Positions 36,201 to 49,200 of a stretch of 64,000 nucleotides of DNA are shown here, in pieces. Below the pieces are notes generated by a model. The model was given only the letters and a program-made list of their open reading frames with translations, was not told the DNA's origin and searched no databases. The DNA comes from Oopsacas minuta (taxonomy: Eukaryota > Animalia > Porifera). The DNA is taken from positions 62,001 to 126,000 of the forward strand of contig JAKMXF010000341.1 in assembly GCA_024704765.1 (NCBI GenBank). The letters run 5' to 3'. The position numbers were made by a program, and so were the translations under genes. The first letter of the stretch is position 1. The number at the start of each line of letters is the position of its first letter.

Positions 36201-39200
36201 TATCCGGAATAATACCAGTAGACTCATATGAAGTAGATATACCAGCTCTATTAACAACCTCTACTCTTACTATGTACTCACTACCTACTGCTAACTGAAT
36301 ATTCGTATCAGTCCAGCAGGTTAATTGTCCAGACTCTCCTATAACTTGAGGCTGTATTGGGATCTGCTTATTATTAGCTGGGTAGAATTGAGACTTAGAT
36401 CCTTCTGTTCTGACGTAAACAGATAACAGGTATTCTTCTATACCAGACTCAGGGTCTATCATTATCCAAGATGCTTGAAGTGAATCGATTGATAACTGAT
36501 AGTTCTGATCTCTGGATGAATCTCCTCCATCGTACAAATATATTGATATAGGAGGAGTCAAATCAATAAGGAAGCCTAAGTAAGAATACATAGTTAGAAA
36601 TAATGAATGTTTGATATAGGTTGCCCGATCGGAGCCTGAGGCCCGTTGCGATGTTTGATATTATGGAATCTGGAAGTTGATACATGAGTTAAAATTTGTT
36701 TCTAATGTAAAGCTAATCATTGAAATCCAATGGGAACTGTTAGAATAGTATTACAGTAGTTGAAAATATCTGAAATTTTGTATGTAATATGGACATTTAC
36801 TAGTTTATCACTTAATTAAAAATGAAAAAATCTCAAATCACCGGCTGTACCGACGTAATTTTCCTAAGGCAACCGGATTCAGCGTAATTTGGTACCCCAT
36901 ATCTCTGTTGAGAGAAAGTCTCTACTAATATTTAGAAATTTGGATAATTTGTTTACTTTATATTCAGAAATCAACAATAAATTTACATATGAGAAATTTG
37001 AGGGTGTTAAATTCGGATTCAGCGTACTCAAATACCCATGCAGCTATACATGGGTATTTGAAGAGCAAGTCTCTACGTATATTTTGATATTTCAATTATT
37101 TGTTTACTTTCTATTCATGAAAACAACAATAAATGTAAATTTGACAAACTTTATGATCATGCGAAATCGGATTCAGCGTACTTGATTATTTCTATATGTA
37201 GCATGCTTCTAGCATGCTTTTGAATTTCATAGAAATGTATGAGAAATTGGAAATTTGATTAATCACCTAAAAGGTGTGAAAATATACACATCAAAATTTT
37301 CAAATGTCAGGTACACAACTAGATGTTACTACGAGTATACCTGCCAAATTTCGAGTCTTAATCTCCAAAGGTGTGAACAGGAGAGCGAACACATATTTAT
37401 AAAAATATACCTACCGACTAAGACGGTCAGCCATTTTAGAACTGACTATAGTATAGTCAGCACAGCAATAATTAGGAGTGAAAGTAAACAATATAGACTA
37501 ACAATATTTATCTGTAACTAGTAACATTCTTAACACCTACTTAACCTCTTATATATTAAAATTCACACTTGCACACTCTAAGATTTAGTAAGAAGGTTTG
37601 GGATTATTTGAGGTTCAATCGAGTTCAAAGAATATAAATTCTATAAATTCTATAAATTCTATAATTTCTATATTACCTTGACTAATAACAGCAGTAGTTC
37701 GAGTAGCTCCATCTTGTGCAACTATATCAGTCCTAACAAATGTACCATCAGGAAAGTGGAAGTGTTTAACATCAATTTGACTAGCCAGGCCTACTGACTC
37801 TGAATCTTGTGCGATGCTGAATTTCACCTAAAAATATAAAGAATAATACTCATTAACCAGGTAGCAGGTACGGATAGCAAATGTGTATAGAAAGTGATAT
37901 GTATGGTCACACTGCTGTTAATATGCTAGTAATATCCGATTGGAGTATTCTCAATATGATAATTTAAAGTGTCTGTATGTCCTGGCTTTGTTGCAGTCAA
38001 TATTCAATTAACTTGTCATATATGCTACGAAAGATGTTACCATCTCCATGATTTCTAGTATATACAAGGAATTCAGTTCGTTGGCCACTATTTTGAATAT
38101 TTATATTAGCTCTAGCAAATTAAAATCAAATGCAAACTTACACTAGCTGGCGGTATGAAGGGCGGTTTAATAGGAATAACAGAGTTGTTAGAAGGAACAG
38201 GACAAGTTTGATTAAGATTTGGATTCCCGTCAGAAGGCAAATACTTGAGTACTTGAGCAATGTATATAGTAGCATTATACTGAGCTATACCAGACTCAGG
38301 GTCTGAGAAGTTACTCCACACGGCCTGTACTGTTGTAGGTTTATATGTATAGTTTAGACTTCCATTGATATTCAGACCATCTCTAACAAACCCAGCTATA
38401 GGGTTAGTTAGATCTACGAGTACTCCATTAGAAGAAGCAGTTGTATTCCTTGGATGATCTGTATCAGCATTGAATGCTATTATAGTTGAGTAGTATGTGG
38501 TGTTGTGTGTTAGATTCAGACCACTTCTGCACATAGACTCCTGGTCATTCGGGAGATTGCTTGTGAAGGGAACTGTATTGGAGAGTCCAGGTGATGTTCC
38601 AGCTCCCCAGCGGTATGCAGATATTCCTGATTCAGGATCAAAGAAGTTCCTCCACTTCACACAGAGAGTAGAACTAGAAGGTTGATATTTCCAATCTGAA
38701 TTCCCAACCCCGTCCCCATCTAGAACCTGTCCTGCTATAGGTGGAGTACGATCTACTTGAATAGGGATAGGTCCAAATGCTGTACTCTCCAGATCAACTA
38801 CAATAAACAATAATATGGCATCCATTATTGCACAGATTCTACAGACGACCCTCGTTAAGAAGAACTGAGCATGGAGTGGTGAAAATATTACTCAAAAGAC
38901 CAATGAAACCTAATCCATTTTTCGCACTTACATCTTGTGAATAACAATTACAGTATAACAGCAATCATTCTGGACACAGTTTCTATTGAAAACTTTAAAT
39001 AATAGCTAGCTACATCTAATCCAGAAGTATTCTTTGCAATTAGGTTAAAGACTCTTAGCATTGTCGATGATATGCTGTTTTATATGCGAATACTAACCAA
39101 CAGCCAAAGGGTGTGAAAATATGAATAATCATATGAAAACCCTCGTATCTTTGTAAAATTCAGGCCTGATAATGCCAAAATTTGACTCTACGTAAACAAT

Positions 39201-42200
39201 TAACCCTGACAACATGCTGAAACGGTGTGAAAAATATGATTAATCACCAAAAAGGTGTAAAATTCACTAAAAATTCGTACCCCAAGTAAATATCTACACG
39301 CTAAAATATATGTACTAATTTTCATGGTAATCGTACTAGATTTTGCATTAAAGTACGTCCCACATTGTTCATGCCTTTAGGTTAAGTCTTCTCGCTATAG
39401 GACCGGCACTAGAAACAAACCTACCATTATTAACAGCTCTAATCCTAATGAATGCTCTCGTTCCATCCTTTACATTGATCTGATGCAGGAGAGTAGCAGT
39501 GTTGTTAGTGAATATCTTCTCCCAACTCTGTACAAGCGTGTCACTATAGGTTAAGCCAGCTCCTACATACACCTGCTGCAGGCCAGACTGGTTATCTCTA
39601 ATGACAAAAGAAATATTCTATTTAACGACACTGTACTACTTAACAAGCAAAATATGCCTGAACATGGCCATAGGTTGAAACAGGAATCAAAAGTGGAATA
39701 ATAATAGAAAATTTGTGAAAAGACGATAACATGTGCTTCACAAGTCTTATTGAAATTATAGACCTGATATTATCAACTTTATAATTTCTCAAAGATATAA
39801 TCACATATTTGCAAATAGAATTCTCATTAAAATTGTCAAATAAGTATTTTAACAGTACTCACACTGCGTGATAGTAGAATGTAGATATATTAGACGTCTC
39901 GTTGTAAGCTATCAGCTTAACAGTATAAATGACAGGTCGAGTAGTATCAATGATATAGGGTGTAGAGTGACAGAGAGCCAGAACTCCAGAACCTCCAAAT
40001 ATAACTTGATTAAGTGCCTGTACGGTAGCATAGTATATACCGTCATCAAAGTGCTGTTCTATTCTACCTTGTACCGGATCACTAAGAACTGTGGTAGCAT
40101 CTGCTCGAGGATCTCTTGGCGATAAAGCTAAATTTCCACAGTATTCGTAGCCCAGAGACCAAGTGTAGGCATATATATCTAGTAGAAAGAATTGGTTAAG
40201 AAAAATTTAAGTCATAAAGTACCATGTTGAAATACTAATAGCAAATCTGGATTTTACGCACGTACATATGAATAGGTAACAAAGATAATTGTTACGAATT
40301 GCAAATTTTAAACTTGTAAATGAAGTTCAGCCAAAATAACTACATTTGAGCGATTGTATTACATATTTATTTGATAATAACTCACCTGACTCATTATCAT
40401 GGAAACCAAAGAATGTAATGCTCACAAATGAGTTAAGCCTGGTGTACTTTAGTTCAACTTTAATACTCGGACCATTGAATATGCAATCAGATCCAATTCC
40501 ATCTACAACAATTCTATAATTCTTCTCTGGGGTAACATGCACACAACGTTGGTTGATAGCAGCAGTACATCCAGCAGCGATGAAATCATCTCTTGACACA
40601 TTAGCAATAGTTCCAGGCTCCGGTGGAGTAAAGTCAATGAGTATACCCTCAGAACTGAGATAGTTGTCATAAGCTAGCGAATTATTAACATATACATTCA
40701 GGAAGTATAGCTCATTATGAACTAGAGGGAGATTATCGTGTGTGAAGTTCTTGTGACTACCTATCCCTTTCCTCTCATAATAATCAAACTCGTTAGATGT
40801 TTGTATCTCTATATCAGAAGCTCCAGCAATCTCAGATAGAATCTGACAAGTTTTTAGTATGTGAGCATAATTAAAAGAAAAACAGTCATCTGGAAAAGTA
40901 GCACACTCCTTAACACAATCATCTATAGATTTTACAGTAATTGTCTTGAATGAAGGGACACCTAAGCGCTTATCAGGGAACATAATGTAATCACTCAATG
41001 TATTAGCGGTATTGCTCAGGCCGGTTACTTGATCAAACGTAAACGATGTAAAAGGTATAATTTGGTCTCCAAATGCACCTTGTGCATAACCTATACTAAC
41101 AAATTGCTCAATAATCGGAGTAGCGTCTAGCACAACTGAATCTCCAAATAACAGAGTGGGATTACTGGAGTACATATAGTTGAACTTTACTCTACCAAGA
41201 GGAAGAGTAGTATCGTAATCAGCTAGACTACATTGTGAAGCAGTAGCTATACCCTGAGAATTGGAGCCTTTAGCAGTCCAGTATAATGGAACACCTGATA
41301 CGAGTTCTTTAGCTTTAAGTACAGTACTTCCAGACATCCTATCATCTTTAACCAAATCCTCTCCACCTCGATAAGTACCAACTGAGTAGCTGAGCTGAAC
41401 CTGACTCTTATCATCTGCTACAACAATCTGTAGGATAAAAGCTGGATCAGTGTAGTCTCTACCTCCTACCTGAGTGACAGTACATGGAGTAGTTCCTGAA
41501 GTAGATGTAGTATCAGTCTGTTTCTGAGAAGCCACAATAGTATTTGTGGTATTCGAAACGTCAGAAATGGGTGAGAATTCAGGAGGAGATTTATCTTCGT
41601 TAGCATTAGAAATTTGGAGCAGTGTTAACTTAATTGATGGTGCTGTCCAACTGAATATTAACTTATCGAATAAAGTCTTATGAATGGTTGTGAATAATAA
41701 GTTAATAGTTATCTTGAGATAGACATGCAGTGATATGGATAAGGGAATTAAATCAAGTTTAATCTGTATTGTTATTGCGAGTGGGAATTGTTTGAATCCA
41801 ATAGAAGCATTTGTAGGTAGATGAGTATCCATTAACTTACCAACGATATCAATTCCAGCTTCAAATATAGCCAGAGATATAGCAGCACTGCCAGATAATA
41901 GTAATGCTAGGTTAGGATCAGCTACTGCATTCGCTTTCATTGATAAGAAACATAATTTCACATTGATATCTACACCGAAACTACCATCAAGTGCAAATTG
42001 GAAGTGTAGAGGGACCGGTCCGATGAATAAATAGTCATTAATTTGGAAGAAGTTATGAGGCTGTGGAGTAATTGGAATATCACCACTAATGCAGAAATCA
42101 AATGAAGTTGGGAAATCAGTTTGTCCACTGCCAAGCGGATTTTTACCGCTAAGAATAGCATCTAATAAAGCTTGTAGGAAAATAGTCCGAAGATTCTGAG

Positions 42201-43200
42201 TTAACTCGCTAAGGCTGTTGGAAGATTCAGCAGAAGTTCCTGAATCGCCCAGGTCTTTGATGTAAGATACAAACTCACCAATACTCATACCATAGAAATC
42301 TGGTATCTCAACATCACAGCCTTCACCATTATCTCCATTCCCATTAGTTCCATTACCATTAGTTCCGTTTCCATTAGTTCCATTCCCATTAGTTCCGTTT
42401 CCATTAGTTCCATTACCATTAGTCAAATTTCCATTGAATCCAGTGGCTCTAGCTACTCTCGCCCCATTTCCATTGGTTCCATTTCCATTGCTCGTGCAAT
42501 TATTGACGTCTGGAATTGTGAATACGCTCCCTATCAATAACTGGACTGTGTAGAAACAATGTGAGTAATCTTCAGTAGCTTCATTAGGTTGACATAAATA
42601 TGCTGTAAAGTTTACATGGATATCTGATGTCTCTCTGATAATGTTCAGTGCAAGACTGACATTAGCTATTCCTTGGGTTTCAGGTGAATCTGTTGGTATA
42701 TCTAGCTCAAACCCTCCATCTCCATCAGGTAACTCAATAGTTCTATTCAAATCTTGGAAATTTAGCGAAAATGAAGGTTCACAGGGTAAAAGTGTGAGAG
42801 AGAAGTTGACTGAATATTTGAGAAAATCTAGCGTGAGAGAAGAAGCACATTTAACATTGAGACAATTTTTCGTGATTGTACACCATCGATCCTTAGGAAT
42901 TCCTTGTTGCAGATCAGTACATAGATCAGGAGGTAATGCTATTAACCTAGCAGTGAGCGTTTCCTTGTCTCCAGTTTGATCTTCACCTCTTAATTTCAAT
43001 GTGTTCTTAATAGAATCAATGTCCAGAAGTGAAGGATCACTCAGTTCTTGATCATCACAATCTAATGCGGCCTTAGCATTTTCTATAGAAGAATTAATAG
43101 CTGATACAAGCTTGTCAAGTGTAGGGCTATTAAACCCGGACAAGATTTGTAAGACTTGTCCTAGATTTAGTTCATCTACTGAAAAGTTGAATCCACTCTC

Positions 43201-43248
<48 letters not shown>

Positions 43249-46200
43249 GTCTCCATTCTCATCATCATCTCCATTCTCATCATCGTCTCCATTCTCATCA
43301 TCTGCCGATCTTCTAGCTTTTGTAGTTTTAGTTGGATATAACATCTGCTCTTGCTCTTTCGTAAAGTATTTCCCAAGACCTGAATCTCCTGGACGATTAC
43401 TGGGAGTGTTAGGACCATTAGAAGAAGCCTTAGGTAAAATCTTGTTTGTAGATTTTGGGTCGTCAGCCAAATCTTGCTCATAATTTGGTTCTGCATTTAC
43501 AGGCTTAGACGGATTGGTATTTCCTTCATCGACTGTCGGCTTATCACATTCAGTACCGCATGGCTGACGAGGACTTCCCATTTCACTTTTTTTAGGATCA
43601 GACCCAAGAGTACCCTGACGGATTACAATGTCTAAAATTTCTAATTTGTAATCATTGCAATCGCTAATCCACTTAGGTACCTCTAGTAGTCGTGGTTGCA
43701 AGAATTTAGCAGGACTTGTTGGATCTCCTTTAGATTTAGTCATCATTGTAAGGTGTACGAAGTTGGGTGAACATTTCGACTGAGTCACAGTGCCAATAGT
43801 AGTTCCTGAGTTAATATTAATACCTGCTTTAGTGATATTACTTATGAGACTGATATGATGAATTGCAATTACATATTTCTCAAGAGAGCCTCCAGGAAAT
43901 ATCAGAACTTGATTTGCTATCTTAGTCAAGTAAAGCCCTGTAACAGGAGCAAACAACGCCTCACCTTCTGGAATTTCTATTTGCATACCCTCTTTATAGG
44001 TTGTTGCATCACCAGACGTGGTTGGATAAAACCCGCATTGGCATTCAGTTGATTCACAACCATCTTCGCCTCTGATACTTCTAGGAAACTTTGAATTGAA
44101 TCTGGGGCCCAATAACTGTTCTATTAACCCCATAGCATCCTCATAAGCACCTTTCAATGTATTATACGCTTTTATGCCTGTTTTTATAATATTGACTGTA
44201 GAGGTAAACGCTGTTAAAAATGGTTCAACAATGTTTATTAATGGGGCAATCGGGGCAGTAAACTTTTCCAATGCATTCTCAAGATCTGAATAAGCCTTTT
44301 TACGAAGTACTGAAACATTCAAACCTGTTGCTTCTTCGAAACTAGAAATATCTGTGATTTCTGAAAACTGTTTCGCTTCTTGGATGAGTAAATCTTTTGT
44401 CTTAATGGTATCATTGTATACTCCCTTAAGTGTGTTTACTAAGTCCATCCATCCTCTAATATGTGATCCCTGAAACTTAGCCGCATTCAACAGAATATCC
44501 TTACATTCTATTACCCCATCAAAAGCTGTCTTTAACTGAAACACAGATGATGTAACATCTGCAATAGCAGTGAGTGGATTATCAAAGAATTTAGCTATCG
44601 CATCGACTATTGTTTCGATGGAGGTTTTTATTGTACCCCCAACCCAAGGTAGAGTAACTGTTGCACAGCTGGATATTTCTTGATAAAATTTCAATACATC
44701 ACCTCGTACATCACTAAATGTAGACTTGATTTTGTCTATTAGTGTTAGTGCACTCTTAACGAAAGGGATTTGTTGTAACGTAACGAGTAGTTTACGTAAT
44801 TCAGCAGAAACTACCAAATTCTTAATTAATCCGGGGAATTCCTTTACTGCAACTTCAATTTCATGAAACACATATCTCAAATCAATTCCATGCTGAAAAG
44901 CAGTTCTAAAATCGACAATTGCCGACTTTACAGCACCAACTACAGCGCCTATTGTATTGTCGTATAAATGTGCAAGATTGGTAAAAGAATTGATACCTAA
45001 TTCCTGCAGAATATTCAGATTATATTCAATATGCCCTTTGAAGCAAACCTGTGCAAGGAATACATTAAGAGTAAGATCAACGAAACCGATCCCAACTTTG
45101 AAATAAGCTTCGTCGAATACATCTATAGAAAATTTACCACTTAAGGGCTTGATATCAAGATCCATGATATTACGTACAACTAAACCCATAGAAGCGCCGA
45201 ACTCGGAACTTCCTATTGATTTCTTCCAATTGAAACTCGGAGTTTGTAAATGGAAAGAGAGAGCATCGAATATACTGAATCTCCTAATTCTTCTTTTGCT
45301 GGCATCGACAGGAGACTGCTGAGCATTAGTATAGTTATGGAAGTCGGATAGGATATCTGACATAGAGTCTGCTCTGGGGTGCTTTTGGTATTGTAGGGTA
45401 GCTTCATAGCGAACTACTTCCTCTTCATCAACCAATGCTGCTGATAATATAGTATCTGCTGCCTGTATATGTAGTAAATTAAACACAGGTATATTATAAA
45501 TACATATAGTTACCCTGTCTATAACTACTACGCTATACAGTAATCACCTGTAAATGAGGTCACTTTTGCCTAGTTATTGGTGACTATTATTAGCCATTAG
45601 CAGGTTCCTCTATACTAAAAATGTATTCACGCGGAATTAAGTAGATTTTATAGGCAAATTTTTGATAATCATAATATCACATGATTAATAATAGTATTTT
45701 AAAATATTCTTTTCGTACATACCTTCTCTAGAAAACGATCCTAGAGGTTTGTTTCCAACGAATATGCTGTATGATTGTTAAATAATCCCGAAATTTAATA
45801 ATTCTCTATCGGCACACATTTTATCGAATAAACATAATTTGTAAGTAATAATAGAGCAAAAGCCCTCTTCCTATGTCACTGGTAGATTTAGTTCACATGC
45901 GAATATACCTAGAATAAAGTAATTTACTCGTACATAGTAAATACCTCGTCAGTATGATATTTCCTCAATGAATGAACAGCAGATCTCCTGAGGAGAGAAG
46001 GAACATGCTTAGACTCTACATAACTCTTAATCAGATTGAAGCTATTCTCGTGACCGGCATTACCCAGTGAGTGTATAAGGCTAGATTGTCTCAACATGCC
46101 TACACTATCAGTGGAGGGTCTGTTTGAATTATCCGTATTATCTCGTCTATATCTACAATATTTAATATTATAAGCATTATGTATAACTCAATTGGAACAC

Positions 46201-49200
46201 AAAGATAGTATCTAGTAATGAGATGCCACATTTGAAACGATGAAATTCAAAAGAGACGCATGCATTTGTCTGAACTTTATAGCATACAATGGTTAGACAG
46301 AGGTACCCACTTGCCCGAATTTGTAATATACATTTGTCCGAATTATAACCAACAACCAGAAATAACACATCCGGCTATGCCATTGCCCTATGGTCCTATC
46401 ACCCTAGTGTATCCTACATCGTTTCAGATTATTCATATTCAAGGTATCACTAACCTAATGTGATCATAAGGTAGTGTCATTCTGTGTAGCTTAGATAGGA
46501 TACGTTCAGACAGCAGAGGGTCTGATACTCTAAGAGAAGCACTCATGGCACCCAGAGCTAGCACTGCCATGTTAGAGAGTGTACTATTGTGGAGCTGTTT
46601 TGGAAAAGAGCTAGGATGGAAAGCTAACTGATCCATTACATCAATAGCAAAGAGAGAGGGTCTTTTCGTTGTGGCCAGATGTGGCAGTATTTTAAATGCC
46701 ATGTCTATCTCCACACAGTTTACATAGAGGAATGAGACGAGTATATACTGACAAGATGCTCTGTTACACATTCCTAGTGCATCTATCATAGTCAATACAT
46801 CTGAGCGTTTGTTAAAGGGACAGGACAAATAATCAACTGATAACTGAGTAATATCTTGCTCTTTCATCTGCTCTATGACATTGACTATCTTCCTAATTAA
46901 CTTAACACATTCTGCTGTTGTTTTTGGATAGCATTTCTCTGTCAGAGTTAGGTTGGATTGGATCTATCAATGAAAGATACCAGTACAAAATACATAGGAA
47001 TACTATTATCTGTATACAATTATTAATACATGATATCACCCGAGCTGACCGAGCAATTTATCATTTCAATGAATGTAGTTAAAGTACTCAACATCTTCAG
47101 GAGAATTACTATTCGAGTAAATACGGTAATAAATCGCTCTACAGATAATAATAGTTTCGAAAATTCCCTAAAGCATTGATCAGCAACACTTTGGCTGGCG
47201 GACAAGATGCAGAAAATTTGGGATATAGAAATATTATACGGCCATTCCCTAAACCGCTAGAATTATAGTCAGTGTATTTTAAACCATATCAGAGGGCACT
47301 TTGGGGTCTCTAATTTATAACGTGCTAAGTATCCAATATCATTACATTTTGTGGTGAGGGAATTCAATTGTTGGCAGGCCAGCTAAGCAAATCCTAAAAA
47401 AATTATTACAGTTGAAATCGTTATTTTTCATTTCTTTACACGAGGAATGAAGACAAAAAATGCGTTAAGTAAAATGATACAACAATATTTACAGATAAAA
47501 AAAGTATTTCTGTACAATTTATACGTTTTTAAGAGAAACTAATCTGAAACTCAAAATAGTTTGGTGTTAAAATAACCAAATTTCAATTGATACTAAACAA
47601 ATGCGAAATACCATTCCTTAAACTCAGAAATATCTCGTTGTATTATTATTTTTTCAGGATATTAGCTAGAACATCAAATTATTTTGCATTAATTTATAAC
47701 ACCTCAAGAGGTAACTATTTATATATAAAATAAACGTATCACTAATTATTGCTTGCAAGTATTCACATAATTCATTAGTATTCATGTTTGCAGTGAGGAG
47801 GAAATTTTATTTAGAATTATCATATTATGATTTCTACCTGAGTTTTAGCATTTTTGTATTGAATAGGACTTTTCACAACTCTTTGGGCTATAATACTGTC
47901 AAAAATGAGACCAGCAGGTTCTCGAATAGAAAGGGGATCAAATTTAGACATTGCTATCAGATATATCTTAGATAGACCGGTAGCCTTTATTTGAGGAGGT
48001 TTCTCTATCGAGTAGGATTCTGTTTCAGGAGTGTTAGATATCTTTGCAGTGTCCTGCACCCGAATCAACTCAATATGACCTAATCATAATATAAAGTGAT
48101 ACAGTGGAACCTGCAAAACCGACACTTGTTGGATTATGCATGCGAATTTGTATTATCGGAAGCTATTTCAGGTCAGAAACACTGTCAGATTATAGAGGTG
48201 TAGTTTATACAGGTTCTACTGTAATTCTCAATTGTTGTTTGTGCAAACTAAAGGTAAATAACATAATTCAAATAAATGTAAGAATAGTAACAAACCAGTT
48301 TCTGTTTTTATTTGCATTTCTTTGCTTTGAGTATGATCTCTTTGAGGATCTCTCTTGATCTTCTTGTAAGTAACAACATTATTTCTCTCATTCACTTCAT
48401 ATCTACAGTACAAAGACTTACAGGTAAGAAATCTTATCTTAGCAAAAGTAATTTGACATATTTCAAAAATTTAATTAGAGCCAAAAATACAGTGCCCACC
48501 GGACAATCCGTTACATCATTCGCGGCGGATTATCCGGTGGGCACAATACTATTATACGTAACAATATATTACAAAGGAATTGGTGTATTATATTACAAAG
48601 GAATTGGTGTATGAAATTACAAGCCCAATGTGCTAAATTCTGCTTAATTACTACTTTCCGTTCCGATTGTTATCCACTCAGGTTGAACAAGCAATTTTAG
48701 ACAACTACTATTGTTAATACAGTGGAACTTCGTTAATACGAACACAGTTAATAAGAATTTCCAGATAAGATGAACAAACATTTGCACATAATCAGGTCCT
48801 TACAATGGAAATACAATGAGTATTACTCCGGTTAATACGAACCAGTGGCGGCGGAACCACGTGGGCTACGGGAGCTTAGCCCCCTAAATATCAGGCTTGT
48901 TGTATAAAATATTTCTCTGTATAAAAGCTAATTTCCTATTTACACATCAAATTCAGAAATGCTGTATATTGCCATTGAAAACTGTTAGAGTGAACTGTTC
49001 GTTGTGCTTGTTATTGATATAAATACTTTTGAGAATCCAATGCCCTTCAAATCAATAATATTACCTGTCATTTTTACGATTTCTGCCCCCCTGAAAAATA
49101 ATTCATTCCGCCTCCACTGATACGAACTCCGTAAAAGGCGAACAAAATTTGACGGTCCGTTGGTGTTCGTATTAACAAAGTTTCACTGTAATAATAAACA

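Noticed and set aside
47023-47205. 60-aa ORF considered as an extra exon of the giant gene
   Set aside because: Exon 5 (phase 0) joins exon 6 (phase 0) directly with sensible sequence. No convincing acceptor is needed here, though a small cassette exon cannot be excluded.
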